Position numbers and translations under genes: made by a program. A model generated the notes under the pieces. The model worked only from the letters and a program-made list of their open reading frames with translations. It was not told where the DNA came from and did no database searches. DNA of 57,563 nt, the filler included, from Catajapyx aquilonaris (Eukaryota), in NCBI GenBank assembly GCA_000934665.2. It is 3 parts of 3 records of this genome, joined end to end, with 100 filler letters (N's around TTAATTAATTAA, not from the genome) between each part and the next. Parts side by side here need not be neighbours in the genome. Positions count along the whole stretch, not along the records: positions 38,476 to 57,563 come from JYFJ02006536.1; 2 more parts are not named here. One strand, written 5' to 3'. Position 1 is the stretch's first letter. The number at the start of each line of letters is the position of its first letter. Positions 40,084 to 51,030 of this stretch are shown here, piece by piece.

Positions 40084-40738
40084 AGGAAGAAATTATTTTC
40101 TACTTTTTAGTGCACTTGGAAATATAAAGCGTGTTCTTAAAAAGGTTTTTTTTTATATATTTTTATTTTAACTGGTTTTTAGTTTTGGTTGCTGTCTTTA
40201 TGTTGCTTTCCAGGTTTTCTGACGTCTATAGGCTCACTGTTGTAAAAAAAAAACCCCTGTAATAAACCTGTAATAATAGCGTGTCATAGAATCACTGAAG
40301 GGGGGAGGAGGGAATAGGGTAAAGTTACGGTTTATATATAACTTACCTGAGACTACTATATGACCATTATTTTTTAATCTTCTAGACATCTAGATAGACA
40401 GAATTGCAACGATTATTTTGTAACGTGGTAACGAAGGAGGAGGCGAGGAGGAATGTGATGAGGTGGTGAGCGTGAAATTTTTATTCCACAGCAAAACTGC
40501 AGGTTTCAAAAGGCAAATAGAGTTTAAATTAAAACCAAGTGCACATAATTCAATGATCAAAGTAACCACGTTTTTATTTTCTCACCTAAGATATTCGCCA
40601 ATCATATTATTGCTACGATATGCTATCCGGTGTTTCCAACAACAAAATTCAGACTTGTAAGAATCCTTGTAAGGTGTCAAACGTGATCATGGCCTTTGCG
40701 GCTGACGAATTTCTCTAATTACTGAATTTATCATCATT

Positions 40739-41297
40739 TCAGAATACGTTGAGTTCGATGAGACACTTTCCTTTCTTTCCCGAGTACTCGTCAAACTTCT
40801 GAACAACCACTTCTTCATCTTCCGTCAGACCGTAAAATTCTACTGTGAGAATCCGCAACTCATCTCCTATGAACTGATTTATGATTTATGATAGGCAGAA
40901 TTCCGAGGGTGAACCCCGAGCTGGTCAGGGTCATCTTCTGTAATCGCTCCATTCTGTTGTAATTGAGAATCGACTGGAAGGTTGCGTCGTCTAGAGTACC
41001 TATCATGTCCAGCTTTAATATTGCTAAATCGTAGCAAAAGGACATCAAGAAGTAGTGAAGAAGGTCAGCCTCTAGGGAGTTGGTCCAATCGCGAATGTCT
41101 AAGATCTTGAGACCCCGAAAGGGAGTGTCATTCATCCCCAGCTGCATCATTGGGTTACGTCCCACTAATCGGCAATTGATGAGATCTAACCTGGCAAGGT
41201 TTGGGAACACCTTCCACACGTTCTCCAAGTCTACTTCTGAGCAGGACCCAAGGCTATACCTATCCTTTCGTATTAGCCAGGCTGAGGCAGCCTCCAT
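40739..41297 (-). pseudogene. Intronless, probably 5'-truncated leucine-rich-repeat (RNI/FBXL-like) gene fragment with a frameshift
   Basis: LRR-type segments FPNLARLDLINC, FRGLKILDIRD, CYDLAILKLD and MERLQKMTLT. A 7-bp tandem duplication (TGATTTA x2, 40875-40888) shifts the frame. Removing one copy extends the ORF through ..DELRILTVEF..CLIELNVF to a stop at 40741-40739. Confidence 0.72.
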
Positions 41298-42137
41298 CTT
41301 TATACTATGGGCATATTGTAATCTGACAGTTGTCTAGCAACTGGGACAACAACCAATAATGACAACTGGTATGACAATAAGTCCAATCATGTCAGGCGTT
41401 CGCCATCTTTACTATGGGCATATTGTTGCCTGCATTGTTGCCTGCCTTACATTTCAGTGATTTCACTTTTCACCCCGAGTCTCTCTCTAGGTAGCCTATA
41501 TTATATATTATAGCAGAACTCTTTGGCGCCACCTTAAGGGCTGTCAATTTATTTTGTTTGAATTTTCATAAAAAAAGAAATAAAGTGTGTCCGGCTCAGT
41601 CCGGCTGGGTTGACAAGTCAGGTTGTTTGGACAACGACTGTCGCCAACAGTAAATAAGAAAGGCGCGTTGCTTTTCATACGCTCTCAATATCATGACTGA
41701 AAATGCCCAATTATCATAATGCCCATCATAATAATCATAACATCATAATAATCAAATGCCCACTATCATATAGGCTAATCTTCTTCGCACAATTAACTAC
41801 TAATTAGCCCACACTTAATATATGATAAAATTATCTTGGAAAAAAGATGTGCGAATAGGTTATCAGTGCTAGAGCTCCTTAGTGCTAATATCCTGCACAA
41901 TAATAACATAATTGATAAACAGTTAATGACATGCGTTATATCCTTTTAATTTTGTATTTAAATTAGTATAAAATTGAAAATGATAAAGACACAAATTTTA
42001 TTTTAAAAAGTTTGCCTCAAATCCTTTTAAAAAATTGACGAATTAGTAGTCAAAAAGGAAAAAGTAATGTAATCAATATATTGTAACGCAGTTGACTGGA
42101 TAGTCACCTGACCAAACTAATCTCCATACAACCATGG

Positions 42138-42142
42138 CCAAT
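42138..42142 (+). promoter_or_regulatory. CCAAT box upstream of cyclin B
   Basis: GGCCAATCAG about 250 bp upstream of the ATG. Initiator-like TCAGTT/TCAGTC occur near 42250 and 42281. Confidence 0.35.
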
Positions 42143-42388
42143 CAGAATCGTGCAGGTTCTGATAACAAAAGCAGCATTGCAAACACACAGTAAGTCATTT
42201 CTCCGTTGCTGTGCGAAAGAGACATTTTATTCTCCCAGTTTCAATAGTCAGTTTTTAACATAAGCGTGTGCATCAAAGAATCAGTCGGAAAACGGGATTC
42301 AGCCAGTGTTTGACTCCAGGTTATTGTTTTCATTGTGATTATTTATCGAGTACCAAGAGTAGCCCGACACTGCACCACAGGAGAAATC

Positions 42389-43810
42389 ATGTTGCGAGCG
42401 AACTCGCTGTCTGCACTTAACGTGAATAAGAAAGCAGTGGCCAAGAGGCCCCCAGCAGTGGCAAAGAAGCCAGTCAAAAAGGAACACACGTAAGTATCAT
42501 TGAAGTTCCCAGAGTGAAATGGTCCTTGTCCTTGAACGTAACCAAGTAAAAGTGCAAATGGGTATTTAAAACGTGCCTTTTTTTACAGCTTGAAGAAAGC
42601 CTTGTCAGCCCCACTTGTGCCGACTCGTCGAGCTCCACCAGTCCCAGCAGTGAACTTCGACCTCTCGAAATGCTCCTTGCCTACGCCCCAGGAGGAAGAG
42701 CAGGCCTCAATTGCCCCCGAAGACTGCTCATACTCGCAATCTCTGATAGACCAGCAGATAGAAAATATCGATGAAGAGGACGGAAACAACCCGAACTTGG
42801 TCACCGAGTATGTGGCTGACATCTACGCGCATTTGAGGAACATGGAGCGAAAGCTGGAGGTCAAGCCAGGCTATCTGGACACCCCTTATTGGATGAACCC
42901 GAGGGCCAGGCGGATCCTGGTCAGCTGGATGATTGACCTCCACCACGAGTACCAGTTGTTCCAGGAGACTCTCTTCATGGCCGTCTCTCTCCTGGACCGC
43001 ACTCTGCAGGTCATCAGTCATTTTTGAGGTTAATTTTTGTATAGTATTCTGTATATTGACATTTGATTTGGGTTCCAGGCTGTTCCGACAGTACTTAGAG
43101 AGAATCTCCAGCTGATGGGGGCCACTTGTATGCTGATAGCCTGCAAGTACGAGGAAGTGAGCTGTCCGAGCCTGGGAGAATTCGCGGCGGCCACAGGATC
43201 CACGTACAACACGAAGCAGTTCTGTAGAATGGAGGTCCACATACAGAAGAAACTGAACTTCGAGCTGGGAAAGCCACTTCAAATCCACTTCTTGCGACGC
43301 TTCTCCAAGGCTGGTTGGGTGAGTCAAATGTTCATGTCAAGTTGGAATATGTTATAATAAGTCGTGTGTGTGGGGTGATCCATGCAGGCGACTCCGATCC
43401 AGCACAATGTGGCCAAGTACCTTCTGGAGCTGTCCCTTCTGGACCACAACACCAGTCACTTCAGGCCCTCCATGGCTGCAGCTGCTGCTCTCCTGCTTTC
43501 CCTTGGGTAATGATCATTGTTGCCTTGTCTTATGATGTGTAATAATTAACCCTTTCTTGCACTTAGGATCACAAGCGGAGAGGCCTCTTCTCCTGACCTG
43601 GAGAAGCTTTGGACCCCGACCCTGACCTTCTATGCCCGATTCAGCTTCTCAGATCTGATGCCTGCCATGAAGGCCATTCTGCAGCCACTTTTTTGGGCAA
43701 TCGGAAAGACTGATGCTGTCCGAGTGAAGTACTCATCCAGTTCTCTCTGCGGCGTGGCAAACATGAAAGAGTTCAACACTGAATGGCTCAAGAATATGGC
43801 TGCTGTCTAA
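42389..43810 (+). CDS. CycB: G2/mitotic-specific cyclin B (divergent), 5 coding exons, 374 aa
   Basis: Exons 42389-42489, 42589-43009, 43079-43318, 43388-43506 and 43567-43810; all introns GT-AG with consistent phases, 1125 nt in total. B-type motifs: IENIDEEDGNNPNLVTEYVADIYAHL, QETLFMAVSLLDR, LQLMGATCMLIACKYEE, GKPLQIHFLRRFSKA, AKYLLELSL, WTPTL and AVRVKYSS. Confidence 0.93.
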
Positions 43811-43828
43811 TCTTAACATAACCTGGTC

Positions 43829-43920
43829 GAGTGTAAATACTGTGCGAGTAATAACATGCTTAAAGTGTTGCAACCATTTTTTTAATTAAGCATGTTATTA
43901 CTCGCACAGTATTTAAACTC
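43829..43920 (+). repeat. 35-bp inverted repeat (one mismatch, 22-nt loop) in the cyclin B 3'UTR
   Basis: gagtgtaaatactgtgcgagtaataacatgcttaa (43829-43863) pairs with ttaagcatgttattactcgcacagtatttaaactc (43886-43920). Confidence 0.93.
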
Positions 43921-44660
43921 AAGTGACGTCAATTTAATTAATATGCTTGCAGTATATGTAAAATGCAATGTGATATGTTGTGTGTGCAGTTTCCAAATGG
44001 ATATATTTTGTACTGCTGGCCTTTTTTGATTTTTAGAGCGGGCTTAATTTTTGGCTGTTATAAATTATAATACTTTTAAAAGCACGCTTTATTTCTAGTA
44101 CGGTAAATGGTGAAAACAGGTAAAAACTGAATGTGAAAATGTATACAGGTGTGTAGATGAGGCTTTTATAAAGATATTCGAATAGTTTTTCATATATACC
44201 TTGTACTTAATATTGTTCTATACCTTAATTTCATATGTGCGAACAACTCTGCAGTACAGGTATTGAAGATGGTGCACTTGAAGCTGGACACTGTTGTGAT
44301 GACAACACTCACCTTTTACGTACGGTATTTTGATTGCTTGCTAAACATGTAGGCAGACAAGATTTCAGGCACTGAAGCGCCATAGATGCATTGATAATAT
44401 TGATTGCCAAACTGTATTGCTTGATCAAAGCTGAACTATTTGCAGTTGAAGGTGCTGGATGCCAGATTTCCAGATTTTTATCTTCTTAATCTGGATTTGG
44501 TTCCATTACGGAAAGTGACCATTAAAAATAATACGGGTAAATAGTTGCCCAGGAATTGCATTGTTGACAAGTCAGGCTGTTTTGGCCAACAACTGTCTCC
44601 CTACAGCTAATAAGGAGGATCAGTGAGCTGATTTTCATACACTGTCGATATCATTAGATA

Positions 44661-45546
44661 AGAGGGTATATCAAAAAGTTTTGGCCCTGAGACAGATGGA
44701 CACCTCCCCTTGGACTGTTCCGCCAACATATAGTAGGCACATCTACTACTAGTGCCAGGTGCAAGTATCAATGCGATTGCATAATTCATTGCAAAGTTAC
44801 AGCTCCGAGAAGAGAGCAAGGTGTTGGACGCTGCTGACAATGGAGAAAATTGAGTATCGCTCTGGTATCAAGTACCTCAAAAAGAAGGGGATGTCGGCAA
44901 AGGAGATTTACGAAGACATGCGAGAAACAGTGGGTGATGATGCTCCACCATACACCACAGTCAAGAACTGGGTTCGCGACTTCAAACTGGGAAGAGAGCG
45001 ACTTGAAGACAATCCCCGCTCTGGGCGCCCAACAACGCCGACAACAGTGGAAAACATCGACAAAGTCCACGACCTGATGTTGGCAGATCGTTTGTGGGCA
45101 TCTCATATGGGTCGGTCCACAACATCCTGACCGACACGTTGGGATTCCACAAGGTTTGTGTGAGATGGATACCCAAGATGCTGACGCCAGACCAGAAGCG
45201 CTCACGTGTGACTCTTTCCGAGGCTGCCCTTGCCCTCTTCCTCGCAAACCCTGATGACTTCCTTGCTCGGTATGTCACCCAGGATGAAAGCTGGATTCAA
45301 CATTATGACCCGGAGACGAAAGCCCAAAGGAAAGAGTTCGTGGACGACACTTTGGCGGCTGTGGATGAGTGGTTGGGAGGGGTCGACAAGAACTTCTTCC
45401 TCCATGGTATCCGAAGGCTGTAGCACCGCTCGCGCTGGTGCAAGTGTGTGGCAGTGCGAGGGGACTATGTAGAGAAGTGAAAATAAAATAATCCTCCTCT
45501 GCTTATTGGTAGTGTCTCGGGGCCAAAACTTTTTGATATGCCCTCG
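44661..45546 (+). mobile_element. Internally deleted mariner transposon (irritans/Hsmar2-like TIRs)
   Basis: TIRs of about 33 bp ((c/a)GAGGG.ATATCAAAAAGTTTTGGCCC) flanked by TA. A transposase remnant from ATG 44840 retains the HTH region, RSGRP, WIPKML and VTQDESW, but is frameshifted near 45090 and lacks the catalytic core (no second D, no YSPDLAP). Confidence 0.93.
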
Positions 45547-45925
45547 TATATCATCAATGTGCTCTATTCACACATTATCGTAATCGTCTCATAATTAGCT
45601 GACAATTATAAAGTTTTATCCGACAAAAATACGAGCCAATAGGTATTACATCATGCATTTATGCTGTGAGGTAAATGTAATAGGGGGGCACCCCTAAATG
45701 TGATCCAAGTACAATTAGCTCCTGTAGATAGGCAACCACACATCAGCGGATCAAATCCTTATGGGAAAGGGCCTAACTTGACCTGGACTAAAACATCTCA
45801 GACTCACTGACCGACGGTCAAATTTTTTCGTGCAAAAGGTGATTAACTTGACGTCGTGGAATTGCCGATGAGGATGATTTTGGTTGGAAACAAGACCAGC
45901 CACAGAAGTGCAGTAAGATGGCTAA

Positions 45926-46050
45926 GGGCCGGTTTCACCGAGCTTGGTATATGATAAAACCAGGTTTCTTTAGGAAAATCCATACAAATAGATAGGGATT
46001 TTGAGAAATACCCTGGTTTTATCATATACTGAGCTCGGTGAAACCGGCCC
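45926..46050. mobile_element. PIF/Harbinger (Tourist-like) MITE
   Basis: 125 bp with TIRs of about 39 bp starting GGGCCGGTTTCACCGAGCT, and TAA on both sides (45923-45925, 46051-46053). Confidence 0.88.
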
Positions 46051-47072
46051 TAAGATCTGGTTATGGTAATAGCTTTAATTTTATGGTCTCCATAGGTGTC
46101 CTTGTGAAAAGTCCAAATTGCAATTCACATTTCCACGGCTATTCATTTATGACAACATAATTATATATTGGCCTTTTCATTGACTCGTGGTTGCAAATCA
46201 TGCCATTTGCAAAGGTTTTTAAATTTCGTTTTAATAGACCTACTCCTACCATGAGCACGAAAATTTTGCAGTAATCTTGTTGAAAGGGAGGGTTTTCCCT
46301 TCCAATAATAAAATAATGCTGTAAATGTGCATTATAGAGAACCGTAGAAAAATGTTTGCTCCCTAAGGTGACCTCGTTCCCTTCGGTATTCTGGTGTTCA
46401 CCTGCAGTGGTATCAATACCAGGGAATAGAAAAGGCCTTTTCTAATCCCTGGTGGTGGTACTCCTAGGTAGCCTAAGGTAGGGTACCTTACTCTTTTGGT
46501 ACCGGTACTCCTGGGTATTCCTTGAATTTTGTACTTAAGCTTACACTTTACAGTCGAGTGGTTAACCACTTACCTCGTTCAGTCCAGGTATTTTAATAGT
46601 AAGATTTTTCACTTCTGAGTCCTTTTAATACTTTGACCTTTGGCCATGACTTGGGAGTTGTTAAAATTTCGACACAAATATTCAAAGGGAAATGGCTTTT
46701 ATTAAGACGTGTAACTAAAATGCTTATATAAAAATATTATAAATACTGTACCATCGTTCTTGAACAAACTTGAGAATGTCTTTGTTAGCTTTTGTTTTCC
46801 TTGGCAAAATTTTTCACTATTACTTTTAGTTTGGTAGTAGCCGCTCGTGGTGGTGGTGGTAGTAGTCCAACTTATTTAATTCTTAGAATAATTTTAAATT
46901 CATTGATTGATTTTAAATTAAATTTTAAATTCATTGACTTACCTTTTAGACATTGCATGATGAATAATTCATCAATTTTATTTTGTGGAATGAAAAATTA
47001 TGCCTCTAAGCATAAAATAAGAATATAATGATCAGTAGTTTCCATCCAAATCCACAATAACTTAATGGTGGA

Positions 47073-47422
47073 GGGGAGACGGAGTGGCGCCGCGGTAACG
47101 CGCGCGCCCACGGAAGTTAAGGTCCCGGGTTCAATCCCCACCCGGGGTTCCCACCTTCTTTCGTGCAGAGTTGGGCCATCTCTGGCTTCGTTTCGGGTGG
47201 CAATTTCCGATAGACTATAATCCACCCGGGGGAGTTCACAAAATGACGATTAGAGACATTGCACTTGCACTTTGCACATCCCCCCCCCCACCCACCCTTG
47301 GAGTACACTTATTAAGATCTTCTTAAACTCGCTCCAAAAAATCAAATTCCAATGGTGGTAACCCACCCCCCCTAAGGAGTAGCATAACTCCCCCCGTGGG
47401 GTAATGTAAAAAAACAACAAAA
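47073..47422 (+). mobile_element. tRNA-derived SINE with 14-bp target-site duplication
   Basis: Head GGGGAG..GTGGCGCCGCGGTAAC..GGTTCAATCCC and an A-rich tail. TSD aacttaatggtgga at 47059-47072 and 47423-47436. Shares blocks with the SINE at 19355-19711. Confidence 0.88.
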
Positions 47423-49196
47423 AACTTAATGGTGGACAAGGCATCAAACTTCAACTCAGATTATCTTTCTTTTTAAAAATGTAAAATATTGTTTGACATA
47501 ACTTATACATACTGTATTTATTAGGATGTCCTTAGAATAATATGTATAATGTTTCCTTGTATTGACTTATTATGCATTCTCATCCTGCATATGATTCAGT
47601 ATATTGTCCTACCTGCAGAATTTGAAGGCACTTGTATACTTTTCCAGGGGGGAACTTGTTGTGTTCAGTATGGTTTAAGCCTAAAATAAAAGAAATGCAG
47701 GTAAACTGACAAAATGCACACCTTTCTCTTACTCCCCTTTATCATCCACATCCATGTCATTCACCATGCACTCCACTCCAAATCTCCAATATTAAGTACT
47801 GTACGTATATTAACAATGTGTGTGAGGGTGTGTGTGGGAATTATTCTAGGCACAAATTTGTCAAATATTTTTTCTCGTTTTGTACGAGTCATTCAAAACA
47901 CCATCGCTTTACATTGAATGGCTATTAAAATATTATCCCAATCAATCGATCAATTTTATCCAGAAAACAGGAATGAATTAGGAGTTGAGAGGCGGGAAAG
48001 TGGCCTAATGTAATCCCCAGTTTATTTCGTCCATCGTTCCCCTCCGGCCCTCCCCCACTATACTCACACTGGCAACCTCACCCTCTCACACCATGCTCAC
48101 ACAACATGGCTCACCCAGTCCCACCATGGCGGCTCACACTCACACTTCAAGTTTCAAAGTATTCAAACCTTTCAAAGTTCAAACGTGGTTCAAACTGACT
48201 GAGGGCCGCTGAGCAGGGTCCCCTACATGGTTGCCTCCCCCACCCTAGTCTAGGGGGAGGACGGCACTCATGTAGGTTACCCTGCCGCTAAGGGCCTAAG
48301 TGGTTTTGAAATGGGCCGCCTGATGTCGCTGTTGGTAGTACTGCAGTTAGCGCCACCTAACGACCTTCGTTAAAACCTTGTGTGACTGGTAACGGTTTTT
48401 CTCATTTTGGTCTTACCCACGGGTCTTACCACTGTGGGTCTTACCATGCTGCTTGTTCCTTCAGTCTACGCTTCAGTCCCTTCAGTCCTTCGTTCTCACT
48501 GCATCCTCAGACGTCGGACTTAAACGTTGTACGGTGGAAGTCGGACTCGCACCTGTGGTAGCCATTGCACGCAGGATCGTGCTACACGTGGAGAACTAGC
48601 CGGGTGATGGCGTTTTAGAATAATTTAGAAGAGGTGCGTATTATGCAGGCTCCAAAGGCCGGCGATATGAACGAGCCACCATAAGTCGGTTATGTTGGGC
48701 AAACGTTGTGACCCCGCGGACCTAGACTGTGATGCTCCATTTTTGAGGTGGCCGAGGCATCATATTACATGTGGTTGAATCTGACCAGGAGGACACTGCG
48801 TGTAACACCCAACTTTTAACTAACGTAGGACCATTCTGACCCAACATAACACTTTTCTACGCAGCTAGGTAATTGTGCAGAAGAAGTGGCCAGTTCAAAA
48901 GCAAATTTACTAGGGAGAACCCTTAGTGCAGCATATGGCATGGGGGATGTTGTAAATGCATTTTGATGGTCAGAAACTAGGTGAGGTTATAGATAATATA
49001 GGTAGACAGACCTTGCAGCCATGCCATTGCATGAACACAGTGACCATGTTGACAGAATAGTTTTGAACTGTAGAACCATAATTTGTAAGTCTGTGCAGTG
49101 GCGTATCGTGGGGGGGGTGGGCAGACGGGGGCGCCCCCTTCAACTCCCTCTCATTTTGCGTGCGCTTAACGAGTCCCCACATCCCCGGATGTGGCA

Positions 49197-49391
49197 CACT
49201 GTACCAAATCACATTCTGGCGGACGACTTCGGAACCGTTCTGTTGCACCATTCAGCATTCCTGCACCATTCCAAATCGCATTCGGACGGCTGGTGCACTA
49301 ATCTGCAAACGGGGGCTGAATGTGAATTGACGGTTTAGGTACTTTCAGAACGGTTCAGAAGTTGTCTGCCCAAATGCGATTTGGTACAGTG
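49197..49391. mobile_element. MITE with about 46-bp imperfect TIRs starting CACTG (CACTA/Transib-like ends)
   Basis: cactgtaccaaatcacatt..gaaccgttctg pairs with cagaacggttc..gatttggtacagtg. No clear TSD. Confidence 0.65.
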
Positions 49392-50353
49392 CTCGATTGC
49401 AACTCCAAATCGGGGTGGTGGAGGACTTGTTAAGAGTACGGCCGTCCCCATAAGGCTAGAGTGGAAGTTGCAGGGGGCTAATGCAGACCTAGGACAAGAC
49501 TCGCCATTGTTTTATTTTGATAAAATTTTGTTGTTCAGTAGTACTGTACATGCACACATAGCTGTCCCAACTTTTGAGGGCCTCTAGGTACAATGACTGT
49601 TAAAATCATACCAAAGTTGAGATAAAACATTGTACATCCTTACTTATCAACTCATACCTGTTAATTGTCATTACGTTGCATAATACATCCATGAACTCCA
49701 ATTCATGTCAGGTTTGAAGCCACAGGTTTGCCATGGGAGGGGTATGAGAGAGAGAAAGAGAGATCCTGGTTTTTCTTCTTCCTCACTTCATTTTTCTATT
49801 CTTCCTCCCTGTATGCAGGGCCCGCCAACTCCACCTGCCCGTTGCCCCGCGAAAAAGGAATAGTGGGGAATCGCTACGCTCCCAATGTTAATTTCCCGAC
49901 TTCATAACTCGCGATCGGGTTAATTGATTTCAAATCGAAAACAAGATTTAGACTCCGCTCACTCCAGTTACAAACTTTAGATAGATAAATAGCAACTAGG
50001 GCCATTACCGGGGTCACTATCCGGGGTCAAAGTTCAAAAATGTGTCGTTACTTCGACAAGGGTAAAGCCAAAAGGTGCGTCGTAGAGGGTCATACAATGT
50101 GTCATTAGAACCGCAATGTTCCCAGGAGGTGCCCATCTGCCTACCTTTTTTTTTAGAAAACCTTTAGTTTTTGAGTTACGAGGCGATTTCGATAGTGTCA
50201 GTTTTGTGGCTCTCGCTCTCTTTCTGTACCACAGAAAAACCCACCATGACCCATGTACTCGTCTGAGAGTCGATGCGGAGAGGCTCTTAATAATAATTAA
50301 AATACCTAAAATATCTTTACATTACTTTATTCTCATGATGAAAAGAATTAAAT

Positions 50354-50707
50354 AAAAATAGGCAGTAAAACTGAGGAAACTATTCTTCCTCTGGGTGAGA
50401 TTAAAAGTAAGAAACAAGTCCAAAGGTGGGGGTTGGTTCGTGTCATAGGGATGTGTGATAATCAAATTTAATTCAAAACATTCGTGCTTTGGGGCTGGGA
50501 AGAATTAGGCAGAGTATGAGAGTCGGAGGAGTACATAAAAGCGATATCTGCCTAATTCTTCCCAGCCCCAAAGCACGAGTGTTTTGGATTAAATTTAATT
50601 ATCACACATCCCTATGACACGAACCAACCCCCACCTATGGACTTGTTTCTTACTTTTAATCTCACCCAGAGGAAGAATAGTTTTCTGCAGTTTTACTGCC
50701 TATTTTT
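50354..50707. repeat. Long near-perfect fold-back hairpin (arms about 160 bp, 33-nt loop)
   Basis: 50354-50513 pairs with 50547-50707 with only a handful of mismatches. Confidence 0.95.
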
Positions 50708-51030
50708 TCTCTCTAGCTATCCACCTGTATATCCGAGCGGTGTGGTGGAAAAAGGTGATAACCCACAAAAGTGTAATTTTTCAGGAGAGCGAATTTAAGT
50801 TGCACTCTCTTCACAAATCATTGGGGATGCGGGTTTTGATCTAGTCTGTGTTGCTGTCTCGTGCATGATACGTGAACTTGGAGTATACCAAACTGTTTGT
50901 CATGTCTTTTACACACAGTAAAACTTCTATAAGTCGAATCTCCATGGGACCAGAAGAAAACTTCGAGCTATCGAAGATTCGAGTTAGAGAAGTTTGGAAT
51001 TTTTTAAGCTCATAACTCTATACAGTATTA

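Noticed and set aside
42728..43327. 199-aa minus-strand ORF
   Set aside because: Shadow ORF antisense to the cyclin B exons.
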